From assembly GCA_031963205.1 (NCBI GenBank), contig JASSUB010000007.1, positions 808 to 64,807 of the forward strand: 64,000 nucleotides of DNA, written 5' to 3'. The notes beneath the pieces are model-generated. The model did not search any database. It was not told the DNA's origin and saw only the letters and a program-made list of their open reading frames with translations. Below, piece by piece: positions 47,414 to 57,980 of the stretch. The position numbers and the translations under genes are program-made. Each line of letters begins with the position of its first letter. Position 1 is the first letter of the stretch. The stretch is from Mycoavidus cysteinexigens (GTDB taxonomy: Bacteria; Pseudomonadota; Gammaproteobacteria; Burkholderiales; Burkholderiaceae).

Positions 47414-47872
47414 ATGGACATACATGCACGAATCAAACAAAAACGCCTAGAAAAAAAGTTTTCGCTAGAAGAGCTTGCCCAGAAAGTGGGAGTTAAAAGT
47501 TGGCAGGCCGTTCAGCATTGGGAACGGGCAGAAGATAAAGGCGGTACAGCGCCGCATAGAACCCGGCTGCCTGCTGTCGCTGAAGCGCTAGGGGTATCGC
47601 CAGAATGGCTGCAATTTGGGGACGAAGCGATTTCTGCCCGAAAACGGGCCAAGAAAGACAAATCACTTTTAGCGTTTGAACAAAAATTAATTAGTCATCA
47701 TGAAAATCTAACGCTGGCCGTTCGTCAGTTGATCCAAAAATTGATCGATGCGGATAAAGTGGGAGCCTTGCCAAATAACGTAGTTACAGCGCTTGATAGC
47801 GTTTTAGGCGTATATCTGGAACTGCGTCAAGCATTTCAGAATAAAAAGTCACAAAAAACCAGCGTGCCCTAA
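47414..47872 (+). CDS. XRE/CI-like HTH repressor without S24 peptidase domain
   Basis: RIKQKRLEKKFSLEELAQKVGVKSWQAVQHWE...AEALGVSPEWLQFG; divergent from the DUF2857 operon. Confidence 0.85.
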   Translation: MDIHARIKQKRLEKKFSLEELAQKVGVKSWQAVQHWERAEDKGGTAPHRTRLPAVAEALGVSPEWLQFGDEAISARKRAKKDKSLLAFEQKLISHHENLTLAVRQLIQKLIDADKVGALPNNVVTALDSVLGVYLELRQAFQNKKSQKTSVP

Positions 47873-47889
47873 CCAGCCTGTGCTTTACC

Positions 47890-48534
47890 ATGAAAACTAA
47901 AATCATCCCTGTCACACCTTTTAAGCAAAACTGCACTCTACTCATCTGTGAGGCGAGCAATCGCGCAGCAGCCGTAGACCCTGGTGGAGATTTAGAGCGT
48001 ATCGAGGAACACATCGATAAAGAAGGCGCCACTTTAGAGAAAATATTTCTAACGCATGGCCACCTTGATCATTGCGGCGGCGCACAAGCACTGGCGCGCA
48101 AATATCGCGTCCCCATTGAGGGGCCTCAGAAAGAAGAGCGTTTTTGGCTAGATTTATTGCCAGAGCAAAGCGTACGCTTTGGTTTTCCAGCCGCCAGCGC
48201 ATTTGAACCTGACCGCTGGCTAGAAAACGAAGATCGTGTGTATTTCGGGGAAGAAATGCTAGAGGTCTATCATTGCCCAGGCCACACACCGGGGCATATT
48301 ATCTTTTTTAGCCGAGCGCATCGCTTGGCCATGGTAGGCGATGTATTGTTTGCTCACTCCATCGGCCGCACCGATTTTCCCCGCGGCAATCATGCGGAGT
48401 TGATTCATTCCATTCGGAGCCGATTATGGCCTCTTGGAGATGATGTCACTTTTATTCCTGGACATGGCCGCACCTCTACTTTTGGGCAAGAACGCAAAAC
48501 CAATCCACATGTTGCCGATAGCTTCATTTCATAA
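47890..48534 (+). CDS. MBL-fold metallo-hydrolase (YcbL/GloC-like)
   Basis: PVTPFKQNC, THGHLDH, PGHTPGH, GDVLF..SIGRTDF, PGHG. Confidence 0.93.
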   Translation: MKTKIIPVTPFKQNCTLLICEASNRAAAVDPGGDLERIEEHIDKEGATLEKIFLTHGHLDHCGGAQALARKYRVPIEGPQKEERFWLDLLPEQSVRFGFPAASAFEPDRWLENEDRVYFGEEMLEVYHCPGHTPGHIIFFSRAHRLAMVGDVLFAHSIGRTDFPRGNHAELIHSIRSRLWPLGDDVTFIPGHGRTSTFGQERKTNPHVADSFIS

Positions 48535-48572
48535 GCCTAGCGCTTGAATTAAGACATTAGGCAAGTGCTAGT

Positions 48573-49682
48573 CTATACGAATGATATAGATCTAGCGGAC
48601 GCGAGCTTGAAGGTCTTAAGCCAGCCCTTCAAATTCTTAATGTCTTCGAACGCAACAAGATCACGCTCAAGAACTCGGATGTTTTGCCGGAAATTTTTGA
48701 TTTCAAGAGCCAGATTTCGTAAAACAATCTCTGGGGACAGTTCCTCGAAAGGCGGAACTCCATAAGTACACCGAAAGGTGTTTTCGACATGCCGAATTTC
48801 TTGATCCAGTTCGCGCACTTGCTCTTTCAAAACCTTGTTGTAGTGTTTCAGCCGGTTTTCGCTGAGGCCATTGATCGAATGCTGATCGATATGTTCCAGT
48901 TCCAGTTGCAACTCCAACAACTGTAATAGGTTGTTCTTGGTATAAGCAGCATTGACGCGTTGCATCAGCTTGGTTTTCCGGTCACGTTCTCGCGGATCAG
49001 CTTCGCGATCAGGGTGCAGGACACTGGCTAGTTTGCGATAAACCTCACGGATCGAAAGACTAATCTGCGCCTGCTCTTCATGTGCGCGAGCTTCTGCCGC
49101 AAGTTGTTTGGGCGATTTTTTTCTTGCCGCCCGGCGTGCTTGCCGCGCTGTAGTCTCGGCTTCCGCTTGCACTTGTTGTTGCTCCATGTGCGCTTGAGCA
49201 TGTTGCAATAAATCTTCAGGGGAGCTGATGTCCTCATCGCCTAGTTCAACACCGAACATCGCCTCAAACATCGATTTCATATCGTCAACTTCGCTAGCAG
49301 TTTCGCTGTCGTAGTCGATCGGGTTGTATTTGTTGTAAATGGTTTTCAAACTCTCCTCTTCGTCGATCAGATCACGCGCCCAATCGACGATGATGGCTGC
49401 AGTCTTGCGACGTTCTGCTTGGGTGAGTCCCTTTTGGCCATAAGCCCGATCGAGGCAATGCACCATCTGGATTTGCAAAGAGGCCGAGGTCTGTTCAAGC
49501 GGCAACAGATCGTTGACGTACTGTTTTTGGAACGCGGATGCCGCAGTTTCCCAGGCGCCAAGCCGCTTGCGTCGCTTATCAATCTGTTTGATCAGAGAAT
49601 TGAACGCTTTTTGTTCTTTCGACAATGCGGGGTTGTTTTGATCAGATGTAATACTGACAGACCAATTGTTTGTCCTGGTCAT
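48573..49682 (-). CDS. Coiled-coil protein with internal J-domain (HPD)
   Basis: VYRKLASVLHPDREADPRERDRKTKLMQRVNAAY; long helical flanks; no DnaJ G/F or Zn-finger regions. Confidence 0.8.
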   Translation of the reverse strand: MTRTNNWSVSITSDQNNPALSKEQKAFNSLIKQIDKRRKRLGAWETAASAFQKQYVNDLLPLEQTSASLQIQMVHCLDRAYGQKGLTQAERRKTAAIIVDWARDLIDEEESLKTIYNKYNPIDYDSETASEVDDMKSMFEAMFGVELGDEDISSPEDLLQHAQAHMEQQQVQAEAETTARQARRAARKKSPKQLAAEARAHEEQAQISLSIREVYRKLASVLHPDREADPRERDRKTKLMQRVNAAYTKNNLLQLLELQLELEHIDQHSINGLSENRLKHYNKVLKEQVRELDQEIRHVENTFRCTYGVPPFEELSPEIVLRNLALEIKNFRQNIRVLERDLVAFEDIKNLKGWLKTFKLASARSISFV

Positions 49683-49897
49683 AGGGTGATTTTTTACTGA
49701 AAGCAGGAGAAAAATGATAATTGTACGTATTTTAACTTGAGATACAAGTGCTACCGTTTACAAGCTACAAGCAAAATTCGTTACGTCGCGCGAGCACGCT
49801 GCTCCGCCAAGCTTGACGAAGCCAACCGACCAAACGGCGCAGTGTTGTGCAAAACCACACAATATTTGTTGATATTCTAATCTATCAAAAAACAGAG

Positions 49898-50219
49898 TGG
49901 TGCCGGGGACCGGACTCGAACCGGCAAGCCTTTAGGCGGCGGATTTTCTTCACACTACGTCTTTAAACGCCAGCGTTGCCGCTGTTTGTGCGCTGGACTA
50001 TGCCTTCACCCTAGCGCTAATGCGCAGTAGGTGCCCTCCGTCTAGTCTCTACACCTTCTTTTTGCACCAGTACTGCCTGGCTACAAAAAGCTTGGCTCGG
50101 CGTTGCCTCGGCGCGTGCGCCAGGGGGTTCACCGAATTTGAAGGGTTCTACGCTGGCCGTTTCCAGCCAGGCACTCAAATTTTAAGTCCGCTATGTTTAC
50201 CAAATTTCATCACCCCGGC
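49898..50219 (-). tRNA. trnL: tRNA-Leu(UAA), intron-containing (exons 50184-50219 and 49898-49947; 86 nt mature)
   Basis: Acceptor stem GCCGGGG/CCCCGGC+ACCA, anticodon arm GCGGA-CT|T^AA|AA-TCCGC after splicing, long variable arm, GGTTCGAGTCC T-arm. Confidence 0.95.
49948..50183 (-). ncRNA. Group I self-splicing intron (IC3-like, 236 nt)
   Basis: Inserted after U34; ends in G; P1 pairing of exon ACUU with intron GAGU (U.G at the splice site); core elements CAAATTCGGTGAA, GCAACGCCGAGCCAAGC, GGTGTAGAGACTAGACGG and GAAGGCATAGTCC closely resemble the Azoarcus tRNA intron. Confidence 0.93.
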
Positions 50220-50298
50220 AAGGAGTGAGTCGCGGATTTTACCATTGCTGCAGTCGCTGTGTTCTAATAATTAGAAAAAATAATCCGCTTGACACGCT

Positions 50299-51755
<1,457 letters not shown>

Positions 51756-52260
51756 TTAGCAAACGGCCCCTCTCTGTACGCCGTAGAAAGCAGTAATGAT
51801 AATAGAAAACCTAAAACGCTTGCGGCAAATACGCGCCGTTGCTAAAACTTAGTCAATCTAAAAATAGCCTTATCCCACCTGCCTTTGAGAAAGATATCAA
51901 ATACTTTTCAACGTAGTTATGCACAATATCTGTGGATATCTTTGGGCTACTTTGCCTTTTATAATGACAACTTTTATGTTCCCCAAGGGAGTATTGAACG
52001 CTTTAATGAATGGATGCTAGATCAACCCAATGTGTAACTACTTTGATTTTAATTTCGATCGATGTGGATCACTGCCAAACTACTGGCGCAGTTCAGCGAT
52101 TGATGCTAACTTACTCGTCTATTCGTTTAATTTAGGCGTTTCCTTGCCACACCTTCGATCTGTAGCCAGAATCGATCAACTAGCAACGCGCTAGTCATCT
52201 TTTGGCGCGGGCGTTGCGTAGGCCGCCTACTCTTGTTGACTTAAAGTTCAGTGAATTTTT

Positions 52261-53037
52261 ATGCAAGAAAAAAAGCTTAGCACCACCACGAGATTCAGTA
52301 ACACTGTCGAGCATTACGCGAAATATCGCCCTACTTACCCGGTGGCGGTGATTGAGCTTCTCAAAAAAGAAGGACAGCTTAAAGCTAGCGCGGTAGTCGC
52401 AGATATTGGCTCAGGCACCGGTATATTCGCAAAATTGCTGCTTGATCATCAATATAAAGTATTAGGTATTGAACCTAATGCACAGATGAGAGAAAAAGCA
52501 GAGCAGCAATTGGCTGATTATACAAACTTTATGAGCGTCAATGCCACTGCTGAAGCGACCGGTTTGAGTAACCATAGCGTGGATAGCATTACCGTCGCGA
52601 CAGCATTTCATTGGTTCGACAAAGAGAACGTCAAGCAGGAATTTAACCGCATTCTTAAGCCAGGCGGCTTGTGCATGCTGATATGGAATGTACGGCTGCT
52701 TGAAGCATCGCCGTTGATGGCGCAATATGAAGAGCTCTTAAATCAGTATGGCGCTGACTATAAAGAGGTCAATGCTAACAAAGTAGATGAAGAGAAAATT
52801 CAACAATTTTTTACACCGATAAGCGTTAATCTTGCTGCATTTCCTCATCAACAAAGATTGGATAAGAATGGTTTTTTAGGACGCATATTGTCTACCTCTT
52901 ACACACCAAAATCAGGGCAACCCAATTATGAAGCCATGATGCAAGCGGCGAGCCATCTTTTTGAGGCACATCAAAAAGATGGTTGGGTTGAATTTATTTA
53001 CAGCACGAAATGCTATTACGGACATTGCGGAAAATAA
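52261..53037 (+). CDS. Class I SAM-dependent methyltransferase
   Basis: YAKYRPTYP, VADIGSGTG, ATAFHWFD, LKPGG. Confidence 0.9.
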   Translation: MQEKKLSTTTRFSNTVEHYAKYRPTYPVAVIELLKKEGQLKASAVVADIGSGTGIFAKLLLDHQYKVLGIEPNAQMREKAEQQLADYTNFMSVNATAEATGLSNHSVDSITVATAFHWFDKENVKQEFNRILKPGGLCMLIWNVRLLEASPLMAQYEELLNQYGADYKEVNANKVDEEKIQQFFTPISVNLAAFPHQQRLDKNGFLGRILSTSYTPKSGQPNYEAMMQAASHLFEAHQKDGWVEFIYSTKCYYGHCGK

Positions 53038-53255
53038 GACTGATGAAAAGTAGCGCCGCCACCTTGATGGTCTGTATGGCAGCCAAACATCCCATGCTAA
53101 AGCATGACACTCGTGCCTACGCACCATACAATCTCAATCTTCGCTGCGACTCGCCAATTTCGGTAAATCACAAAGGAGCGTAAAACAGCAGAATCCCTTC
53201 TCCCGTAGCTAGTGAGGAAAGAAAAATAGGCTGCATCGCCATTTAAATAAAAATG

Positions 53256-53619
53256 TCACGAAATTATGCCTAATAAAAGAATGGCAACAGTAATAATCAG
53301 TGCTCCCCCCAGGCGAGTTGCTATTTGCGCAAACGGCATCAGTTGCAAGCGGCGCGCAGAAGTGAGTATCGCAACATCGCCAATGCCGCCCATCCCACTG
53401 TGGCAGGCATTAATGATTGCACTTTCGATCGGATATAAACTTACCCATTTGCCCACAAAAAAACCTACCCTAGTCAGGGTAAAAACCGTGACCGCAATAG
53501 TCACGATATTAGCCAAGGTAAAAGCAGCCATTAGGTCGCTCCACGAAGTGGTAGTGATACCAATAGCAAAAAGCAAGGGATAGGTCACTGCTGTCGAGAA
53601 AAAATGATAAACCGTACGA
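53256..53619 (-). pseudogene. 3' fragment of a second 2-HCT symporter, decapitated at the MITE
   Basis: RTVYHFFSTAVTYPLLFAIG...HSGMGGIGDVAIL...ATRLGG; similarity to the other copies begins exactly at the MITE terminus (53619). Confidence 0.9.
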
Positions 53620-53831
53620 GGGGTTCTAATCCCAAACCGGCCGAATTTATCCAACGCTCCAAATGAGTTATTTATTACCAATTATTTACAATCAATCGTC
53701 CAATTGATTGTTGACGATTACATCAAGATCAATGCACCCGGTTAATTCTTGATGGCGTGCTAAGTCACAGCGGATAAAAATTGCTAAAATAGTAATTTAG
53801 ATAAATTCCGCCGGTTTGGGATTAGAACCCC
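53620..53831. mobile_element. Tn3-family-type miniature inverted-repeat element (212 bp)
   Basis: Terminal IRs GGGGTTCTAATCCCAAACCGG(C/G)..GAATTTATC, 32 bp with one mismatch, starting with GGGG; internal palindromes ACAATCAA..TTGATTGT and CATCAAGA..TCTTGATG; flanks TACGA/TTAGT do not form a TSD. Confidence 0.88.
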
Positions 53832-53934
53832 TTAGTATAGGAGAACCAAATCGATAACCGATTATGGCCTGCTACAATTAAGTTTCTGTTGATATGGTTG
53901 AATAACCTGTAGCCCATCATGTTAGGAGAATTTT

Positions 53935-54636
53935 ATGAATATAGGTGCCATTAGTCAGTATAGGCCTGTGAGAGCAGCTAGCTTACCTTTATTTAAGAAT
54001 AGGTATGAGGCAGGCAGACAGTTAGCCAATGTATTACTTCGGTTACGCTTGCAACAACCGATTGTGTTAGCACTGCCGCGGGGTGGGGTGCCACTCGGCT
54101 TTGAAGTCGCACAGTCTCTTCATGCACCACTCGATATTCTGTTGGTTAGAAAGATTGGGGTGCCTGAAATGCCTGAGGTAGCACTCGGCGCTGTCGTCGA
54201 TGGCAGCGCTCATCAAACGATATGGGATACAAGCTTAGTTAACGATCTAAGGCTTAAAACGACTGAGTTGGAAACGCTAAAGCAGCAGCAATTAGAAGAG
54301 ATCGAACGCCGCCGTCACCTATACCGAGGCAGCAAACCGCTGCCCACGTTGAACGGGAAAACCGCAATTGTGGTTGACGATGGCATAGCCACTGGCAGTA
54401 CGATGAAAGCGGCTTTGCTTGCCTTAGCTAAGACTGAAATAGCAGCGCTTGTCGTAGCCACGCCGGTAGCACCGCCAGACGTATGGGAGAGTATTATGCC
54501 TCTTGTCGATCAGGGTGTTTGTCTCTACTGTCCCGAGCCGTTTGGCTCGGTTGGTCAGTGTTACGACCATTTTGAGCAATTGGAAGATCAAGAAGTGATC
54601 GACTTGTTGAGACGCGCCGATTTATCTACAAGTTAG
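53935..54636 (+). CDS. Putative phosphoribosyltransferase (type I PRT)
   Basis: FKNRYEAGRQLA, LALPRGGVP, PRPP motif IVVDDGIATGST, F.SVGQ.YDHFEQ. Confidence 0.88.
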   Translation: MNIGAISQYRPVRAASLPLFKNRYEAGRQLANVLLRLRLQQPIVLALPRGGVPLGFEVAQSLHAPLDILLVRKIGVPEMPEVALGAVVDGSAHQTIWDTSLVNDLRLKTTELETLKQQQLEEIERRRHLYRGSKPLPTLNGKTAIVVDDGIATGSTMKAALLALAKTEIAALVVATPVAPPDVWESIMPLVDQGVCLYCPEPFGSVGQCYDHFEQLEDQEVIDLLRRADLSTS

Positions 54637-54745
54637 TCGAAAAACGTAGCCTTTAGTTAGGCCTTTCTCAACGTCTTTCTGCCAATGCGTGGCAACTAGT
54701 TTTTGCAAAGCGTCCTTAACAAGGGGCTTGGTAAAAGTTGTTAGG

Positions 54746-54885
54746 TGTAGCGACCCGATTACATCCTAACTCTCGCCCGATAACATAGGTTGTTTTGGAG
54801 TCGAATTAATTGAGAATATCCGCTTGCTCTAGCTCGTATTAAATGATAATGGGCCCGCATTTTTTGCAAACAGCCCGATTACATC
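54746..54885 (+). mobile_element. Tn552/Tn5053/Tn7-superfamily transposon end
   Basis: Starts 5'-TGT; repeated sites CCCGATTACATC (54754), CCCGATAACATA (54776, 22-bp period) and CCCGATTACATC (54874); adjacent to a transposon ATPase relic. Confidence 0.7.
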
Positions 54886-55453
54886 GGCCAGGAATCACAT
54901 TCGTTAAGAGCACGCCGGCGGCCAGCAGGCGATTGTGCAATTCTTGGGTACGCTCGGGCGGCAATTTTGACAGTCTCCCCTTTCCATCACGAACAATTTC
55001 CATCAAGCGCTTCAAACTGATCAGTGTCTTCGAATGCAGTTGATGCGCATCGTCGATGAACAGGGCAACTGGCTTTTTGCGCTTACGGATCAGCATACGT
55101 AGCGCGCGTTCGCGCTTCTCGGTTTGGGTCGGCATTGGATCATCTTTTGCGGCCACTAGGTCGCAAAAGAGCGCGAGGATGAGCGTGCCGAGCGAAATCT
55201 CCCCACCGTCGACCGACAATGCCTTGGCAATCAAGATCTCTTTACCCTCTTCCAAAGCTTCCTGAATTTTCCGCAGCGTAGTGGTTTTTCCGGTGCCAAC
55301 GATCCCAGAGAGGACAATCAGCTTACCGTCTTTGATCGCGAGCTTCAGTTCCTTAACAATATGCTGGGACTGGGCCGTCTCGAAATATGTCGATTGGCCA
55401 GTTAGTGCAATTTCGCGCGTCAACCCGAAGAAGCCTCGAATATCACTCAGCAT
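54839..55453 (-). pseudogene. Transposon AAA+ ATPase (ExeA/TniB-like) with in-frame internal deletion
   Basis: Walker A GIVGTGKTT and Walker B LFIDDAH intact; after DGKGRLS the sequence jumps to a family-like C-terminus (PERTQELHNRLLAAGV); the last ~20 codons of an upstream transposase-like ORF (QVRAYVESALEDPSDAE*) overlap its ATG. Confidence 0.72.
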
Positions 55454-55669
55454 CAGATGGATCCTCCAATGCAGACTCGACGTATGCGCGAACCTGTGCC
55501 ACACTGCGTTAACCCAGAAAGTGACTTTGTTAGAAACCACGCTTACAGGTGTGAATGCAAAGGCTGACGAAACCATTAAACTATTGAATAAACTTCTTGA
55601 AATGAAAGCCTTAGTTTAATATTTTTTATTGCCTATTAATACATACCTATCGCGACTCCATAAGAGAAT

Positions 55670-55697
55670 GCCCTTTTTATCAGAGAGGGCTTTTTTT
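55670..55697 (+). terminator. Terminator-like hairpin
   Basis: GCCCTTTTT-ATC-AGAGAGGGC (with G.U pairs) followed by T7. Confidence 0.5.
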
Positions 55698-55908
55698 ATG
55701 GAATTAGGATTTATAGTACCCAAACCAGCATTATTTGCAACTCATGTTCAAGTTTTATGCTGCCTCATCGTGCAAAAAGTAGCAGATTATTTTATAAATA
55801 ACCTATCCGAGAACATCATCTGTAACAAAAGTTCGGCTCTAAGATTGCTCTATTTTTAGGACTATTCTTATAAAAAAGACTACCTAGGGTACGGTGGCGG
55901 GGGCCACA

Positions 55909-56511
55909 CTATTCTTCTAGACGTTCCTTCAATAGCCTCGTACCGCTCGCCACCTCCCACTTAAGCTGAAGTTCTTTATTACGTTGAGCAATCTCTTTCC
56001 TACGATCAATAAGAGGCTCATCCTCATCCTCTTCATCCCTATTTACTGTAAATGGAATGTTAATCTTTTTAGCTTGATCCTGAATTTCTTCAGTTGATTT
56101 ACTAAGTCCATTGAGATGTTTTAAGTAAACTATCTCATTTTCAGGATTTACCCATATGGATTCATCTATTTCATTCTTTAACTGATCTGCATCATTTAAA
56201 GTTTGATTTATAATATTTCTCCTATTTTCTCTATCCATGTCACGATGAAGTAGGATTATCAATCTTTTTTGCAAAAGTATAATTCTACTTGCAAAGTCAC
56301 CTATAGGTTCTGGAAGTGATCTTTTCAAGTCCATTGCAATTTTTCCTAACGAGTCCTGCTCACCTACCACCGCATCCCAGGAATCAATCGTTACTTTTTC
56401 CATGTCAGTAGCTATCTCTGAGAAGGATTTTGCAGGCGTACCGACATTATCACCACCACAGCCCATCAAAGTAGACATTAAAAAAATCATTGAAAATAAA
56501 ATGAGGCGCAT
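55909..56511 (-). CDS. Orphan AT-rich helical lipoprotein
   Basis: MRLILFSMIFLMSTLMG|C lipobox; charged helical body; no family recognised. Confidence 0.75.
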   Translation of the reverse strand: MRLILFSMIFLMSTLMGCGGDNVGTPAKSFSEIATDMEKVTIDSWDAVVGEQDSLGKIAMDLKRSLPEPIGDFASRIILLQKRLIILLHRDMDRENRRNIINQTLNDADQLKNEIDESIWVNPENEIVYLKHLNGLSKSTEEIQDQAKKINIPFTVNRDEEDEDEPLIDRRKEIAQRNKELQLKWEVASGTRLLKERLEE

Positions 56512-56679
56512 AGCTATTTAAATAAAAATTATAAAGTGTTTATTTCTATATCGTTTAAAATGAATCATAGCCAATATGAAGTGATTATTTCATTTTCCAA
56601 GATGACCATAAATTTATGCTAGGAGATGGGGGTAGAAAAATCAAGGAATTGGAGCATAGACAAGCAGGCCTCTCAGGCT

Positions 56680-57980
56680 CTACGAAAGCAGCTCAAGCAA
56701 GAGAATAGCGGCAGTAATAGTGATTGCTCCCCCTAGGCGAGTGGCTATTTGCGCAAACGGCATCAGTTCTAGGCGGTGGGCGGAAGTCAGAATCGCAATA
56801 TCACCAACACCGCCCATGCCACTGTGACAAGTATTAATAAGTGCGCTTTCAATTGGATATAAACCTATCCATTTCCCCACAAAAAAGCCAACTGTAGTAA
56901 GCGTAATGACCGTTACCACGATTGTAACGATGTTGGCTAAGTTGAAAGCGGCCATTAAATCAGCCCAAGAAGTGGTCGTTATCCCAATGGCAAATAACAA
57001 AGGATACGTCATCGCTTTAGAGAACAAATTATAAATAGTGCGAGCGCCATTTTCTAATGTGGGTGAGATCGTATAAATAAGTTTGACGAGCACAACAAGA
57101 AATAGCATGGCGACAGGCGCGGGTAAGCCAATCAGCTTATGGGCGATGATGCCTACGATATAGAAAGCAATCGCCGCCATCCCCGCGGCTGCAATATGCT
57201 CGACTTTGGCCGATGAGGTATTGATAAGATCTGCTGGCACACTCTTTTCAGCGTCGTATAAACGCCCTTGTCCATTATATCGCGCATAACGCTTACCCAA
57301 TTGATTAAGCAGGCTTGCACAGATAATCGCCACCAAATTCCCCAGCACGATAGCCGGTACGACTTGGGCGAATATTTGGTCTTGCGGAATATTCAAAATC
57401 TCGCCATAAGCAAGAGTGAGAGGAATAGCACCTTCACCAATGCCGCCCGCCATAATAGGGATAACGATATAAAAAAATGTGTAGTGCGCACTTAGCCCAA
57501 AAGCCATACCCGTAAGTGTTCCAGCTATCGCCGCGATAATAGAACCCGCGCCAACGGGGATAAAATCTTAACAATGCCAGCAATAAGGGCGTGGCGGTCC
57601 ATACTCAGGATGCTGCCAACGATCACACAGGCCGTAAACAAATAGACAAACTTGGTTGAGTGCCAAAAATCGCTAACTGACCCGACTAATTCGGCTGGTA
57701 ACAGTTTGTAATGCACTAGATAGGCTGGAAGGAAGATGCTCACGATAACCGGCCCGCCTATTTGCCTTAATCCTGGAATCCGCGCTCCTATTTCGGCACA
57801 GGTACAGCCACATGCGGCAAGTAGCGCAATCATGATTGAGATGTCGCCGGAAACCTTTTCTAAAGCTACAAGGGTTCCTAGGCAAGCAAGGATAACGAAA
57901 TATGCTGGCAGCGGAATAATGCCGATGCGCCTGTGCATCAAATTTTGCAATCGATTACAAATAAATGCGAGATAAAACAT
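56680..57980 (-). pseudogene. Third 2-HCT symporter split by a single-base frameshift
   Basis: ORFs 57525-57980 and 56680-57507 together cover the full protein; AAGATTTTATCC has one T fewer than the ATT TTT ATC (IFI) of the intact copy. Confidence 0.9.

Larger units (their letters stand above)
18129..47872. mobile_element. Degenerate/domesticated conjugative-element-derived island (T4CP + dead MOBH relaxase + VirB T4SS + type IVb pilus + ICE regulators)
   Basis: Contiguous block of conjugation-associated genes between the RES gene and the MBL hydrolase. No integrase, Rep, ParAB, Ssb, TopB or terminal direct repeats were seen, so boundaries are approximate. Confidence 0.8.

Noticed and set aside
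18100-47890. attL/attR direct repeats or a duplicated tRNA-Leu 3' end bounding the island
   Set aside because: No such duplication was found by eye at either junction or near 48540; a computational repeat search is needed to exclude short ones.
50020-50274. ORF overlapping the intron as a possible homing endonuclease
   Set aside because: It is antisense to the tRNA, 84 aa long and has no LAGLIDADG, GIY-YIG or HNH motif.
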